64,000 bases of DNA from contig LSRY02000016.1 in assembly GCA_001643675.2 (NCBI GenBank), forward strand, positions 1,302,001 to 1,366,000. Reading direction: 5' to 3'. This document shows positions 12,420 to 24,100 of this stretch, piece after piece. The position numbers and the translations under genes were made by a program. The notes below the pieces were generated by a model. It was not told where the DNA came from. It saw only the letters and a list, made by a program, of their open reading frames with translations, and made no database searches. Each line of letters opens with the position of its first letter. Position 1 is the first letter of the stretch. The stretch is from Monocercomonoides exilis PA203. Taxonomy: Eukaryota; Protista; Preaxostyla.

Positions 12420-15400
12420 ATGCGGTCTTTGCTATTCTTTATTTATTTGGTCTGTCAGACGTTTGACGTTTATGCTGAAAAAAGCATCGGAGGAGTAGAT
12501 TTTGGATCTGCAAACATTGTAACATCAATGGTTGGTGGGAAATTGAGTCTTGAAGTTGTTCAAACTCCGACTGGAAAACGAAAAGTACCTGCATTAGTTA
12601 GTGTTGATGGGGTCCATAGGTATACAGGAGCTGATGCTTTTAACAAGGTATGATTTGCTTTGATTTCATTTTTATTTTTTAGAAGGATTAAAATTTACTT
12701 ATTTGCTTCTTTTTGTAGCAAGTCCGTCTTGCAAACAAAACATTTGTCAACATAATTCATAGTCTCGGAAAAGATTCGTTGCCTGATAACTATATTTTCC
12801 CATTTCCTTTTGCTCAACTGACGAAGAATCAGACAACTCATAGACTTGAGTTTATTGAAAAGAAAACAAATGATTCCGTATCGGTCGAGGAGGCGGCAGC
12901 TCTTCTTTTGAAAAACATACAACACCTTGCTGAAGAAGCTTCAGGTGCTGGAGATATCGAGTATATATTGATTGTCCCGCCTGCTTTTACTCAATCACAG
13001 CGTCAAGCACTTATTGAAGCGGCACGCATTGCTCATATGCGAGTTCCAACTATTTTAGAGTCGAACGCAGCATCTGCATACTGGTATGGAACAGAAAGGT
13101 CACGCACTATGCCATACGAACCACAAATTATTCAACGTACCACCGATAACGCTGTTAAAGTTGTTGAAGAGACAAAAAGTCAAGACACACAGAAAAAACC
13201 TGAAAGTTCAGCAAATGAAAAAGAGATTACGGATGAAGAAAAAGCGACAATGTCACTGTTTTCATTGCTTAAAGTGAAATTTTCGCAGTTTTGCAAAACA
13301 GTAATATCCTGGAACAAAAAAGAAAAAACAATAAAGCATTCGAGCAAATGGGAAAAATTCATAAGCACAAAGGAGAAGAAGCCCAGCCTTCCAAGCGACA
13401 AGAAGCTCAGCAAAGAGGCAGAGTGGCAAGGGATGAAGAAAGAGATTGAGCAGGCGATGGAGATGGAAGGCAGGTTGAGCGAGCCAGGCGCAAAGCGTGC
13501 AACAAAGGAAGACATTCGACACGTTGTGTTCGTGGATGTGGGCTCCTCGCAGACCACGTTCAGCTTGGCGGAGTACCGCTTCCCGCTCGAAGAGGTGCTG
13601 ATTGAGAACTCGTCGCTGACCAACTTTGAGACGTACAAAGTGGTGCGGGGCAAAGGCACCGTCGACATCCTGCTCACGCGGAGCATCGAGACGCTCGGCA
13701 GCCTGCGCTTCGAGGAGCGGCTGATGAAGAACGCAACGATGAGGCTGTGCCGCCTGCTGGACAGACGAGATTGGAGCGCCATTTTGGATGAGCATCCGGA
13801 GTATCTACCGGCGAATGTTACGAAGGAGATGCTGCTTGAAACTTTGGACGAAGAAGAGGAAGACGAGGAAGAGGAGTACGACTTCGATGGGTGCCAAAGC
13901 GCACTCCAAAAGGCGAAGGCAGAAGTGAAGAGGAGGAAGAAGAAGAACGGGAAAATTACAAACACAAAGGGAAAAGGCGAAAGAATGGACGACTTCGACA
14001 TCCGTGTGCCGTACAAGACATGGGAAGAGCGCCTTCTCGAAGAGTACGAGGCACAAGCAGGCGAATCCTCGCAGTCAGACAGCTGCCAAAGAAAAGCGGC
14101 AAAGAAACGCAAAGCACCCCGCTTCACTCTGCAGGCAAATGTGACGCTTCCGAAGAGAAAAGCGATGTGCAGTGAAGTAATTGGCTGCCCCGGCTGCTTG
14201 GTGCGCTTGCGGCGCGAAGTTGCAGCGACAAAGGAGATTCTGTCAGTTTCTCCACAGCACCGGCTGAAGATCGATGATCCGATCCCAGGTATCGACGAGC
14301 TGGTGATGAATGTGTCAGCAGAGCAGCTGCAGTACTCGTCGAACTTGGTCATCCAGCACGTCACACGCCACGCTTCTCTGTTTGTTGAAGAGGTCGGAGC
14401 GAGATTTCCAGGCGTGAAGCTGCAGAACGCAGCAGTGGAAGTGGCTGGCGGTGGGATGCGGATGCCGGCGCTGCAGAAGGCGATTGGCGCGGTACTGAAC
14501 GGCCACAGTGCAGAAGGAGAGCTTGGAAAGCGGATGAATGTGGATGAGTCAGCCTCACTGGGAGCAGCAGCGTTTGGGCATTTGGGCAGAGAAGCGCTGT
14601 TTGGGAGAGAAGAGGTTGGGTGGAGAGAAAGAGGGAGCGGAAGCGGAAGAGGATGGAAGAAAGGAGAAGGGAAAGCTGGTTCGTCATCATCGTCTTCTTC
14701 TTCTCAGAAGGAGAAAAGCAGCGAAAAGTGGAAGGTTTCAGGGATGGGAGAGGATTATGAGGCGGATAGAGCAAGCCGGCAGATCATCCAGCCAGGCATT
14801 CCAGAAGGCGGAGAAACACTGAAACTTATCCGGAGGTCGATGTATCCGATTAGAGCAGATATTCAGGTGAGATGGGGAATGGAACAAGCAAAACAGAATG
14901 TGGTTGAGGTTGAAAATGAAACAAAACAGGAAGAAAAGAAAGAGGAGGCGGAAAATAGCACAATCACCGGGCAGAACAACGCAACAGATGTGAATGCAAT
15001 GACAAATGCAACAGCAGAAGTTGAGCCGCGCTACAAAGGCTGGGTGAACGCATCTTCTGAAATGCCCCCAAATGCGTATCTGTTGGAAGATGCGGTTGAG
15101 CTTGTGTCGATTGGCCAGCAGCTGTCAAATACTTCGACTCTGATTATTCCGCTGGGAAACATCGCATTGAATGGAAGAGAGAAGGAGAAGGAGAAAGTTT
15201 TGGCTAAGCTGCAGCAAAGGAGCAAGAAAGAGCAAAAGACAACAGAAGAAGGAGAAGAAAACAAAGAACAGAAGCAGCAAACAGAAAAAGAAGAAGAAAG
15301 CGAGGAAGACCGAAAATTGAGAGAGAAAGTGAAGAAAGAGGCGGAAATGCTGCAAGATATTCCGTCAGAGATGACTGTGGTTGTCAGCTACAATGACAGA

Positions 15401-18235
15401 AGGATGCTGCCAACGGGTGTGCCTACAGAGATTCTGCGTGTGGAAGTGCTGGACTTGAAGAAGAAGATCGGAGACGAGCTGATTCACAGGGGAATTTTGC
15501 GGAAGAAAGAAGAAAAGAAGCCGGAAAATGTATCTGAAATGAGTGAAGAGACCAAGGAACAAACAGAAAATGCTACGAATGCAAACAAAGAAGCTGAATT
15601 TGAAGAAGAAGAAGCGATTTTGAAGGCGTATCAAGAGAACATCACGGTCTTGTACAACACCACGTTTGAGATGGACTTTGCATTCACTGTGCATGGATTG
15701 CTTGAGGTTGTTGGAACAAGGCTATCTTTCAGCGAGACACCAGAAATCAGCCAAGCCGTTGCGCTGGAAGGCGAAATGCAGAGAAAGAAGGAGATGAAGC
15801 GGAGGGAAGAAGCAGCAGAAGCGAAAAAGAAGAAAGGGAAAGGAAGCAACAAACAGAAAGAAGAAGCGAAAAACGCAGCAGACGAGACAAAAGTTGAATC
15901 AAATGAAAACAAATCAAATGAAACTACTTCGGAGAATGCTGAAGCACAAGCACAGAGCGATGTGAATGTGAATGCAACAGCAACAAACAACACACAGCCA
16001 TCCAGTGCTGAAGGAGCTGCATACAAAGAAAGCGGAACAGCAGCTTCAGAAAAGAGCAAATCAAAGAAAGACCAAAGAGAAGAGGAGACCGAAGAAGAAA
16101 GAGCGCAGCGAGAAAGAGACGAGGAGGAAGACCGAAGAGACGCGGAGGAAAGGAAAGAGCGGATGAGGAAGCGAGCAGAAGAGGCAGCCGAGCGCATGAA
16201 GGTGCTTCAGGAGCAGAAGATGATAGAAGACCGAGTGAAGTATGTGGATCGGCGCATGCAGCGGATGAAGAGCACACGCTTTGCGTTTGCGAGGTTGCAC
16301 AGACACCCTTCAATATACATCAGAGGACAGCCCAATACCCTTGTCCCGTTTGAGGATATCCCCACAATCAGAAGCTCTTTCATGGAGAGAGAGGCAAGCG
16401 AGACGGAAAGGGCGAAAAAGCAGATTTTGAGCGATGCGCGCCATTTGAAAGAGGAAAGGATGAAAAGGCAGGCACAAAGATTGAACGGCACATTGAACAC
16501 ATCACAGAGTGCAAGTGAACTTGCCCCCTGGAGTTCGTTTGAGCAGCTTCCACGTGAATATTTCCCGCGCCAGGCGATTTACCTTCCTTCTGCGCACCAG
16601 CCGAGCTTCAGTGCAGTTGCCCGTGCTTCTTCTTCACTGGGTAGCAGAAGTGTGTTTGTGGTTCCTGCTTTGCCTCCGTTCGCGAATGCGGCAATGAGAG
16701 AGGCGCAGAGCCACATCCACCGATCGGTGCAGATCGACGCTGAAAGAGAAGAGCTGGCGCAGAAGCGGAGCGAGGCCGAGTCGTTCGTGTTTTGGCTGAA
16801 GGAGCAGCTGGCGATTGTGGACGAGGCAGTGGAAAGAAGGAAAGCGAAGGCTGAAGCAGTGGAAGGCGGGGCAAATGCATCAGAGAAAGCAGAAGTGGAA
16901 GAAGTTGACGATGACGAAGATGTGAAGCCGTTTGCGCACTATTTTGAGGGAGTGACCAATGAGAAGCTAAGAGAGGAAATGAAAGCGGCGCTTGCAGATT
17001 ATGTCGATTGGATGGAGAGTGTGTCGTCGGATGACCTGACACTCGACGACTTGGCAGAGCAGATGGAGAAAGTGCATGCGGTGTGTGATGCGCCTGTGAC
17101 GGAAGCGAAGCAGATGGGGAAGAAGGCAGCGTCATTAGCTGATGCGCAGAGGAGGATTAAGAAGGCAAGGAAGAGACTGGAGAAAGTGAAGGAGAAGGAC
17201 GAGAAGGACGAGAAGGAAGCGATTGAAAGGGAAAAATTGATGGAGAAAGATGCGAAAAAGGATGGAGTTAAAGAAGACGAAGAGGAAATTCAGGAAGCAA
17301 AAGAAAGAATGGAAGAGCTCAAAGAGGCGCGCGAAATCGCGTTTGCAGAGAAGAGGAAGACTCTGGAGGAGCTGAAGAGTATTGTGGACGACGTAGAGCA
17401 GTGGATCAACAGCGTGGCAGCGGAGAGCAGTGCGGGAGATGCGCAGGTTCAAAACGCGACGAGTGCAGAAAGTATAGACAATGCAGTGGAGAAGATGGAG
17501 GAAGACATGGCGGTGACTGTGAAGGAGTCGATAAAGAAGGCAAAAGCAGAGGCGAAGAGAAGGGCGAAGGAAGCAGCGGAGAAGAGGAGGAAGAAGAGGG
17601 AGGAGAAGATGAAGAAGATGGAGGAGGAGGAAGAGAAGCAAGAAAAAGAAGTGGAAAAAGAAAAAGAAAAGGAAAAGGAACAAGAGGAAGAGAAAAAGGA
17701 GAAGGAAACGAAAGAAGAGGAGGAGGAAGTTAAAGAAGAGAAAGAAGAGAAGGAAACGAAAGAGGAAAAAGAGGAAAAAGAGGAAAAAGAGGAAAAAGAA
17801 GTGAAGGAAGAGAAAGAAGAAGAGAAAGAGAATGAGGTGAAAGAGGAGAAAGAAGAGAAAGATAAAACTGAAGAAGAGAAGGAAACGAAAGAGGAAAAGG
17901 AAGTGAAAGAAGAGAAGGAAGAGAAAGATGAAAAAGAAGTAAAGGAAGAGAAAGAAGAAAAACCAGAAGAAAAGGAAGAAGAAAAGCCAGCAGCAGAAGA
18001 GGAAGTTAAAGAAAATACAGAAACAAAAGATGAAGAAGCAGACAAAGAAGAAGAAAAGAAAGCAGACGAACAACCTGTACATGAAGAAAAAGAAGAAAAT
18101 GAAAGGAAAGAAGAAACTGAACAAAATGATGAAGAAATAAAAGAAGAGGAAAGTGTAAAAGAAAAGGACTCGGAGCAGGACTCACCGAAAGTTGAAGCTG
18201 AAGAAGAGAAACAGTCTCATGAAGATGAGCTTTAA
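12420..18235 (+). CDS. HYOU1: Grp170/HYOU1/Lhs1-like large ER Hsp70-superfamily protein, about 1914 aa, 2 exons (12420-12647, 12719-18235)
   Basis: Signal-peptide-like N-terminus; GGVDFGS, GKRKVPALV, VPPAFTQSQRQALIEAARIA, FVDVGSSQT, VAGGGMRMPALQ and MNVDESASLGAA; C-terminal HEDEL (KDEL-type retention signal). Intron GTATGA...TGTAG is in phase 0. Confidence 0.8.
17560..18180 (+). repeat. Purine-only coding repeat (EEKEEKE / KEVKEEK units)
   Basis: Imperfect tandem gaa/aaa/gag repeats inside the Grp170 tail. Confidence 0.85.
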
Positions 18236-18572
18236 ACACTAAACATTCACTATTTATAAAGGCATTTCTATTTATGTGTTTTGAAGGAGGATTTTTAAAT
18301 ATAATTTTTCCACATTTCGCGTTTTCATTCTCTTTCTATTTTCTTATAACAAACTTCTTAAATTCAAAACTACATAAGTATGCGTGATAAATACAAGATT
18401 TTCATTTTTTTTAGAAGTGTAATCTTTTTTCAGGAAAGATCAAAAAAATTTTTTTATAAATTCTTTGCTCTTTCAAAAGAAAAACGTGGTTCAAATTTAC
18501 TGTTTTTCTAAAACTCTTTATTATTTTAATTTGTTGATACAAGGAGCAATTTTTCCCCTGGACTATTGATTT

Positions 18573-20894
18573 ATGAAAAGCTTTGCATCAAAACAGATAT
18601 ATTTTCAAAAAGACTCTACTATGAATAATATTAGCAAGCAAAATACTGATCCATTGAACAGTGAAGCTTATGCTTATTATTTGAATTCGAACATATTTGC
18701 TTCCGCAACAGGAAAAGAAATTCATTTCCCCACAATATCTTCAAGCGTTTCCAATGGTTTTAGCAGTAAATGTCCCTCAACGCATACTCGCACATTCACG
18801 TTATCAGCGCTTTCAAATCCATCATCAAATCCTTTTCCGCAAAAGATCTTTCATTTTCAAAAATCCGACATTTTAAGTGCAAAACCAACATCTACGGACA
18901 ATTTCACTGTTGGGACTTTCGATGAAATAAATTTCAATATCAAAAAAGCAGGAGCTGAAAGATCGGAAGAAAATATTCAAAACAATAAACAAGCAAAGAC
19001 AATAAATTCTAATGTTGGAAGTGTTATAAAACTAAGAAACAAAGAATCACCACACTCTCCAAAAGGATTTCAAAGCTCAATCAATGATTTTCATATGCAT
19101 GAAATGCATCAACGAAGAAACGATTCTACGATAATTTCCAAACATAAGAAATTACTTAATCAACATGGAGAAAAGAAAGATATTGACAGATCAATATATG
19201 AATTTGTTGATACTAAAATTACAATGTATCAATTGTTCAATGAAATAGAAGAAACGTTCACAAACCAACAAAATCAGAAAAAGGATGATTACTTTCAAAT
19301 TTCATCTTCACAAAATAAACACACAACTTCTGACAATCTTGATTCAATTGCATCTCCAACTTCTTCTCCAGATCCGGAAAGCTTGTTATCAACAGAATCT
19401 TCCTCATCGCTGGACTCGCACCTCGCTGAGAACTTCTTGAAATGTGCGCCTGTTTGCGAGCACGGGACGCTGATAAGCTACGACGTGGACTTTGAGCGTG
19501 ACGGGAGGGTTGAATCGAGAATTGCAGGCTTTCGAAAGGAGAAAATGAGAGACAAATGGAAAGAAGAGGAAGGCCGGCTGAAGAGAAAATACGAGTTTGG
19601 ATCAGCAGCTCTGCCATGTTCGGAATTTGCTGTGGCTGGGGAGATGTTTAAAGGTACTTCTGTATCAAATAAACTCAGTTCTGAATTTAAAAACATGATT
19701 AAATCTGAAATAAAAGATGCAAAAATGTTTAAAAAGCTGTTTGGGGAGTGGGTTACGAAGGATTGGGAAGTGAGCGATGAAGAAAAAGCGATGTGGGACG
19801 AGGCAGAACGGAAAATGAAAGAGAAAGAAGCGATTGATGAAGGAATGACATATTCAATTTCTAAAGTTAATAAAAAGGAAAAACAGAAGAATGCACAAGA
19901 AGAAGAAGAAAACGATGATGATGATGATGAACAGGAAGATTCAGTGATGACATTAGAAGAGTTGCACAGCCGACTGAGAGATGCAGATGAACTTGGCATT
20001 TTGCTACAAGAGAAGAACAGAATTCGAAAGCAGATCAGAAAGATTGAGCAGATTCAGGAGAGGAAGAAGAGAATGGAGGAGATGTCTGAACTGGAGAGAT
20101 ACCAGCAGCAGAGAGTGAAGGAACTGACTAAACTGAAAGGGAAAAGCGATATGGAGAAGGTTGGGGGTGGGAAGAAGGAGCTATTAAATCAGTCAAGTTT
20201 GTTAACACCATTGAAATCTTCACCTTCTTTTTGTTATTCTTCCGCTCAAAATGTAATAACAATGGAATCTAACCAAGCATCATCTTCTACTTTTGGAAAT
20301 TATTTTTTGCCACAAACTTCAATGAGGCTCAAGAAAGAGAACAAACAACTTTATAAGCAGCAAGTTTCATTAAATGCGTCGAACACATCTTGTTCAATTG
20401 ACATGTTGGCAAAGAATTCAGAATTTGACAGAACTTTTCAGAATCGCTCTGTTTCTTTTAACCCAACATTTTCAATGATGAATAAGTCTTCTTCATTGAA
20501 TTTACAAGGCAAGCCAGTTATAAGGCCTGCTAAAACAATGGAATTAAATGATTCTATAAAAAGAGTAGTAAACAAATATTTCATCAAAGAATTGCTCCAA
20601 TCAACACAAAACTTTCAAAGTGGAGAAGAGATACCAAGCAACATTCTGATAAATGATAATGTGAAAGACCTTCTTCCATTGAATAAACAATATATTGTGC
20701 TTGATCCATCAGAATGGCAAGCTAAAAATGAGTTTTCTTTTAACAGCCACAAAAAGGAGGATTGGAAATCAATGCAGCCAAAACAGCCTTTGTTATCCAC
20801 CCTACCACCAATAACAATTGTTCCTTTTTGCTCAAAGTTAAAGCACAATAATTTTGGTAGAAAATTTAAAATAGAACTTTTGCCAAAACGTTAA
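18573..20894 (+). CDS. Hypothetical protein, 773 aa, with a central charged/coiled-coil region
   Basis: Long uninterrupted ORF flanked by AT-rich spacers; no motif recognised. Confidence 0.7.
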   Translation: MKSFASKQIYFQKDSTMNNISKQNTDPLNSEAYAYYLNSNIFASATGKEIHFPTISSSVSNGFSSKCPSTHTRTFTLSALSNPSSNPFPQKIFHFQKSDILSAKPTSTDNFTVGTFDEINFNIKKAGAERSEENIQNNKQAKTINSNVGSVIKLRNKESPHSPKGFQSSINDFHMHEMHQRRNDSTIISKHKKLLNQHGEKKDIDRSIYEFVDTKITMYQLFNEIEETFTNQQNQKKDDYFQISSSQNKHTTSDNLDSIASPTSSPDPESLLSTESSSSLDSHLAENFLKCAPVCEHGTLISYDVDFERDGRVESRIAGFRKEKMRDKWKEEEGRLKRKYEFGSAALPCSEFAVAGEMFKGTSVSNKLSSEFKNMIKSEIKDAKMFKKLFGEWVTKDWEVSDEEKAMWDEAERKMKEKEAIDEGMTYSISKVNKKEKQKNAQEEEENDDDDDEQEDSVMTLEELHSRLRDADELGILLQEKNRIRKQIRKIEQIQERKKRMEEMSELERYQQQRVKELTKLKGKSDMEKVGGGKKELLNQSSLLTPLKSSPSFCYSSAQNVITMESNQASSSTFGNYFLPQTSMRLKKENKQLYKQQVSLNASNTSCSIDMLAKNSEFDRTFQNRSVSFNPTFSMMNKSSSLNLQGKPVIRPAKTMELNDSIKRVVNKYFIKELLQSTQNFQSGEEIPSNILINDNVKDLLPLNKQYIVLDPSEWQAKNEFSFNSHKKEDWKSMQPKQPLLSTLPPITIVPFCSKLKHNNFGRKFKIELLPKR

Positions 20895-21163
20895 TATTTC
20901 GCACATTTTGAATTTTGATTATCTATTAAGTATTTGCAAATGAAATAGAAATATTTAGTCAACGTATCTGGAAAATGTTATATTAATTTTTATATTAATT
21001 TTTTTATGATAGAATGTGAATTTTAAACTGTTATTCAATTAACTATGTTTTTTGTTAACCCATAACTAAGTTCTCTGTTTTTAAGTTTTTCAAAAAATTA
21101 ATAATATTTTGAGCACTTTCAATCTAATTGCTTTTCTTCGAGCAGAATCTGTGAACAACAAAT

Positions 21164-24100
21164 ATGTCTGGGATTGCCTCAACTTTTCATCACAAGGCAA
21201 CCATCACTCCAATGTGTGTATTTTTTCTTTTTCAAAAATTACTTTTTATTGGATATATTTGGATGACTACAGATATTCATGGGGAATAAACAAAGCACTA
21301 AATGATAACTTATATTTTGTGGATAATGAATATATTATTTATCCCGTGGGAAAGCATTACGCACTGTATAATATAAATAACAAAAATATGAACTTTATAT
21401 TTGAGACAGAACTGAAAAAAATAGTTACACTAACAGCATTGACGGTAAGCAATGATAGGAAATTTTTATTAACATGCGAAGCTGTTGAAGAAGATGTCTC
21501 TGCTCTTGCTTTTGAAGCTCAATCGAATGGAACGGCAGCTGCTGAGCCAAAACCTGCCATATATCAACTTTCGATTTACAACATTTCAACTCAAAAAAAA
21601 GTACGTATCATTCAAAGGCCACCAGATGTTCATGATGCACCATTTGTGGGGGTGGCAATGTCTCATGATAATAAGCATTGCGCTGTAATATGTGGTGCAC
21701 CAGATTATTCTCTCATTTTATGGTCTCTTTCACAACCAATTCGCGTCTTAGGCGTCTGTAAGCTTTCCACTCCAATAAATCACATCAGTTTTCATCCTTT
21801 TGACAGCTCTCAATTTCTTGTTACTGGAACCAGATTTGCCAAAACATATGTTTTGGTTGACGGGGCAATTAAATCAATCAATTTGTTAGCAGGACAGCGC
21901 TCGCTGCCATCTTTCACATCACACCTTTGGCTGGAAGAAGATAACAGGGTTCTTGCCTCAACAGAAAAAGGGGAGCTTTGGATTTTTGAAGGTGGCCGAT
22001 TCAAAGGAATTCAGAATGATCTTCTTGGTGCATCAATTGCAATAACCGGCTTGCTTCGTGTTTCAGCTTCTTCCTTTTTGGCTGTTGGCGCACGTGGAAG
22101 AATAGCTTTGTTTGAGAGAACAGACAAAATTAACTCAGACGCAAATCACACTTCACTTTCTGATTTGAATGTGAGTTCAGCAGAATTTGATTCTTTCTAC
22201 ACTTCACAATTAAGCGCTGAAATTCCACTGATGAAGAACATGCAGAGAGAAAACAGCGAAGGCGAAGGCGGCCCTCCGCTCACACCAGTCTCGACTCTCT
22301 CTGCTTCGACGTCTGCCACGTTTTCTGGTGCCAGTTTGCCTCCGCACAAATCCCACAAAGACGAGCGCATCACAACAGCAGCCATATCTCCCGATCACAG
22401 CATTGTCGCGTGTGTCTGTGGGAACACACAAATCTGCCTAGTGCAGCTGTCGCAGCTGCTTTCCGGTATGTCAACGCCCGGGAGCGGGGTGTTTGAGTAC
22501 ATTGGGCGAGGCTTCCATTCAGGAAGCATCACAGGGATGAGCGTGGCCTCAAAGACGCCGCTTGTGGCTACGTGTGCGACAGACGGGTGGGTGCGGCTGT
22601 GGAACATCGTGACGATGGAGTGTGTGCTGGCGGAGCATTTTGAGGCTGAAGTGAAGTCGCTTTCGCTGCACCCGACAGGATTCCACATTGTGATGACGTG
22701 GGGCGACAAAGTGCGACTGATGACGATTTTGTCCAGCCGCTTTGAGCTTCTGAAGGAGATCCCGTTCCACCAGCACTCCGGCTGCCAGGAGGTGCTCTTT
22801 TCACACGGAGGACATCTGTTTGCCTGTGCGCATGGGAAAGTTGTGTCGTTGTACAACTCGTTCACTGGAGATTGTGTGGGGAGTGTAAAAGGGCACGTCA
22901 GCATTGTGCGTGCTTTCTGCTTTGACCCTTCCGACCGCTGCTTGTTCACAGCTGGCACAGACGGGGCTGTTTATCAGTGGAACATCGACACTGAAAGGTC
23001 GGATCCGCTGCGGCGTGTGTCGGAGCATGTGGAGTCTGGGTGTGCATACTCAGCAATTGCGGTGGGGCCGAAGAGACACATCGCTGTTTCTGGCTCAGAT
23101 TTGCAGTTAAGGGGAATTGCAGATGGCACTGTGGAAGTGCAGTTCCAAACTGGAGGTGTTACACGACGTGTCTCGCAGCTGTGTATTTTGAACTCGTGTG
23201 ATGTTTTGGTTGCGGGGCTTGTTTCGGGCGGGCTGCGGACGTATGCCTGGCCCATCACCGAGACGTTTGCGAGAGACACAACAAAGACGGACTCGCAGAT
23301 TGTTCCTGTGTTTGACGAGTATCTCTTCCACACGGCGCCTGTCACCCGCATCTGCGCCTGTGCCGAAGGCTCTGCCATTCTCACCGCCGGCGAAGACAAC
23401 GTGCTCTGCCTCTGGGCGGTGCAGCCGATTGATTTTGGAAGAATTAAGCAGATTTCGTATCCATCACCCTCGGGATTCTGGGATGCGCATATCATCTCAA
23501 AGGCGCAGATCACCGAGCAGCAGGAGCGGCTGGTGATGCTTCAGAACAAAATCAAAGAGCTGAAGTTTCAGGGAGACACGATGATGACGAAAAAATCCAA
23601 GCAGTTTGCTGCATTGATGGAAGAAACGAAAAAGAAGCATGCGAAAATATTGGATGAAAAACAGGAGAAAGTGAAGTTTTTGGAGATGCAGGCGCATCAG
23701 TGCAAAATGAAGTTTGACCAGAAAGTGGCACAGCTCGAAGAGCAGCACCTGGAAGCGCTGGATGACTTGGAGAAAGTGTATGAGGACTCCGTGAAGCAGA
23801 AGCAAGAGGCAGTTCTTCAGCTGCAGAGAGAGAAAGAGGAGATGTCACAGAAACACGATGATGAAACGACGCAGATGCAGTCGCAGTTCAGCTGGAAGGA
23901 GGAGCGGATCAAGCAGCACTACACGACGATTGATGAGCAGAACCAGAAGGCGTTTGAGGCGCTTAAGGAAGAAATGAGATTGTTGGGGGATAAATATGAG
24001 ATGGCGCTGCAACAACAGAAAGAAGAGTTTGACGAGGAAATATCAGCAACGAAGGCGATGCAGGCGGAGGAGCTGCGGAGGATGAAAGTGCGGAAGGAGG

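Noticed and set aside
13180-18124. Long antisense ORFs (394, 329 and 198 aa) opposite Grp170, and similar ones opposite CFAP57 and the PDK1-like gene
   Set aside because: They are shadows of purine-rich low-complexity coding sequence and yield poly-Phe/Ser/Leu without motifs.
21109-21272. ORF-track N-terminus of CFAP57 starting at TTG 21109
   Set aside because: It reads through an intron; ATG 21164 plus a phase-2 GT-AG intron gives a better model.
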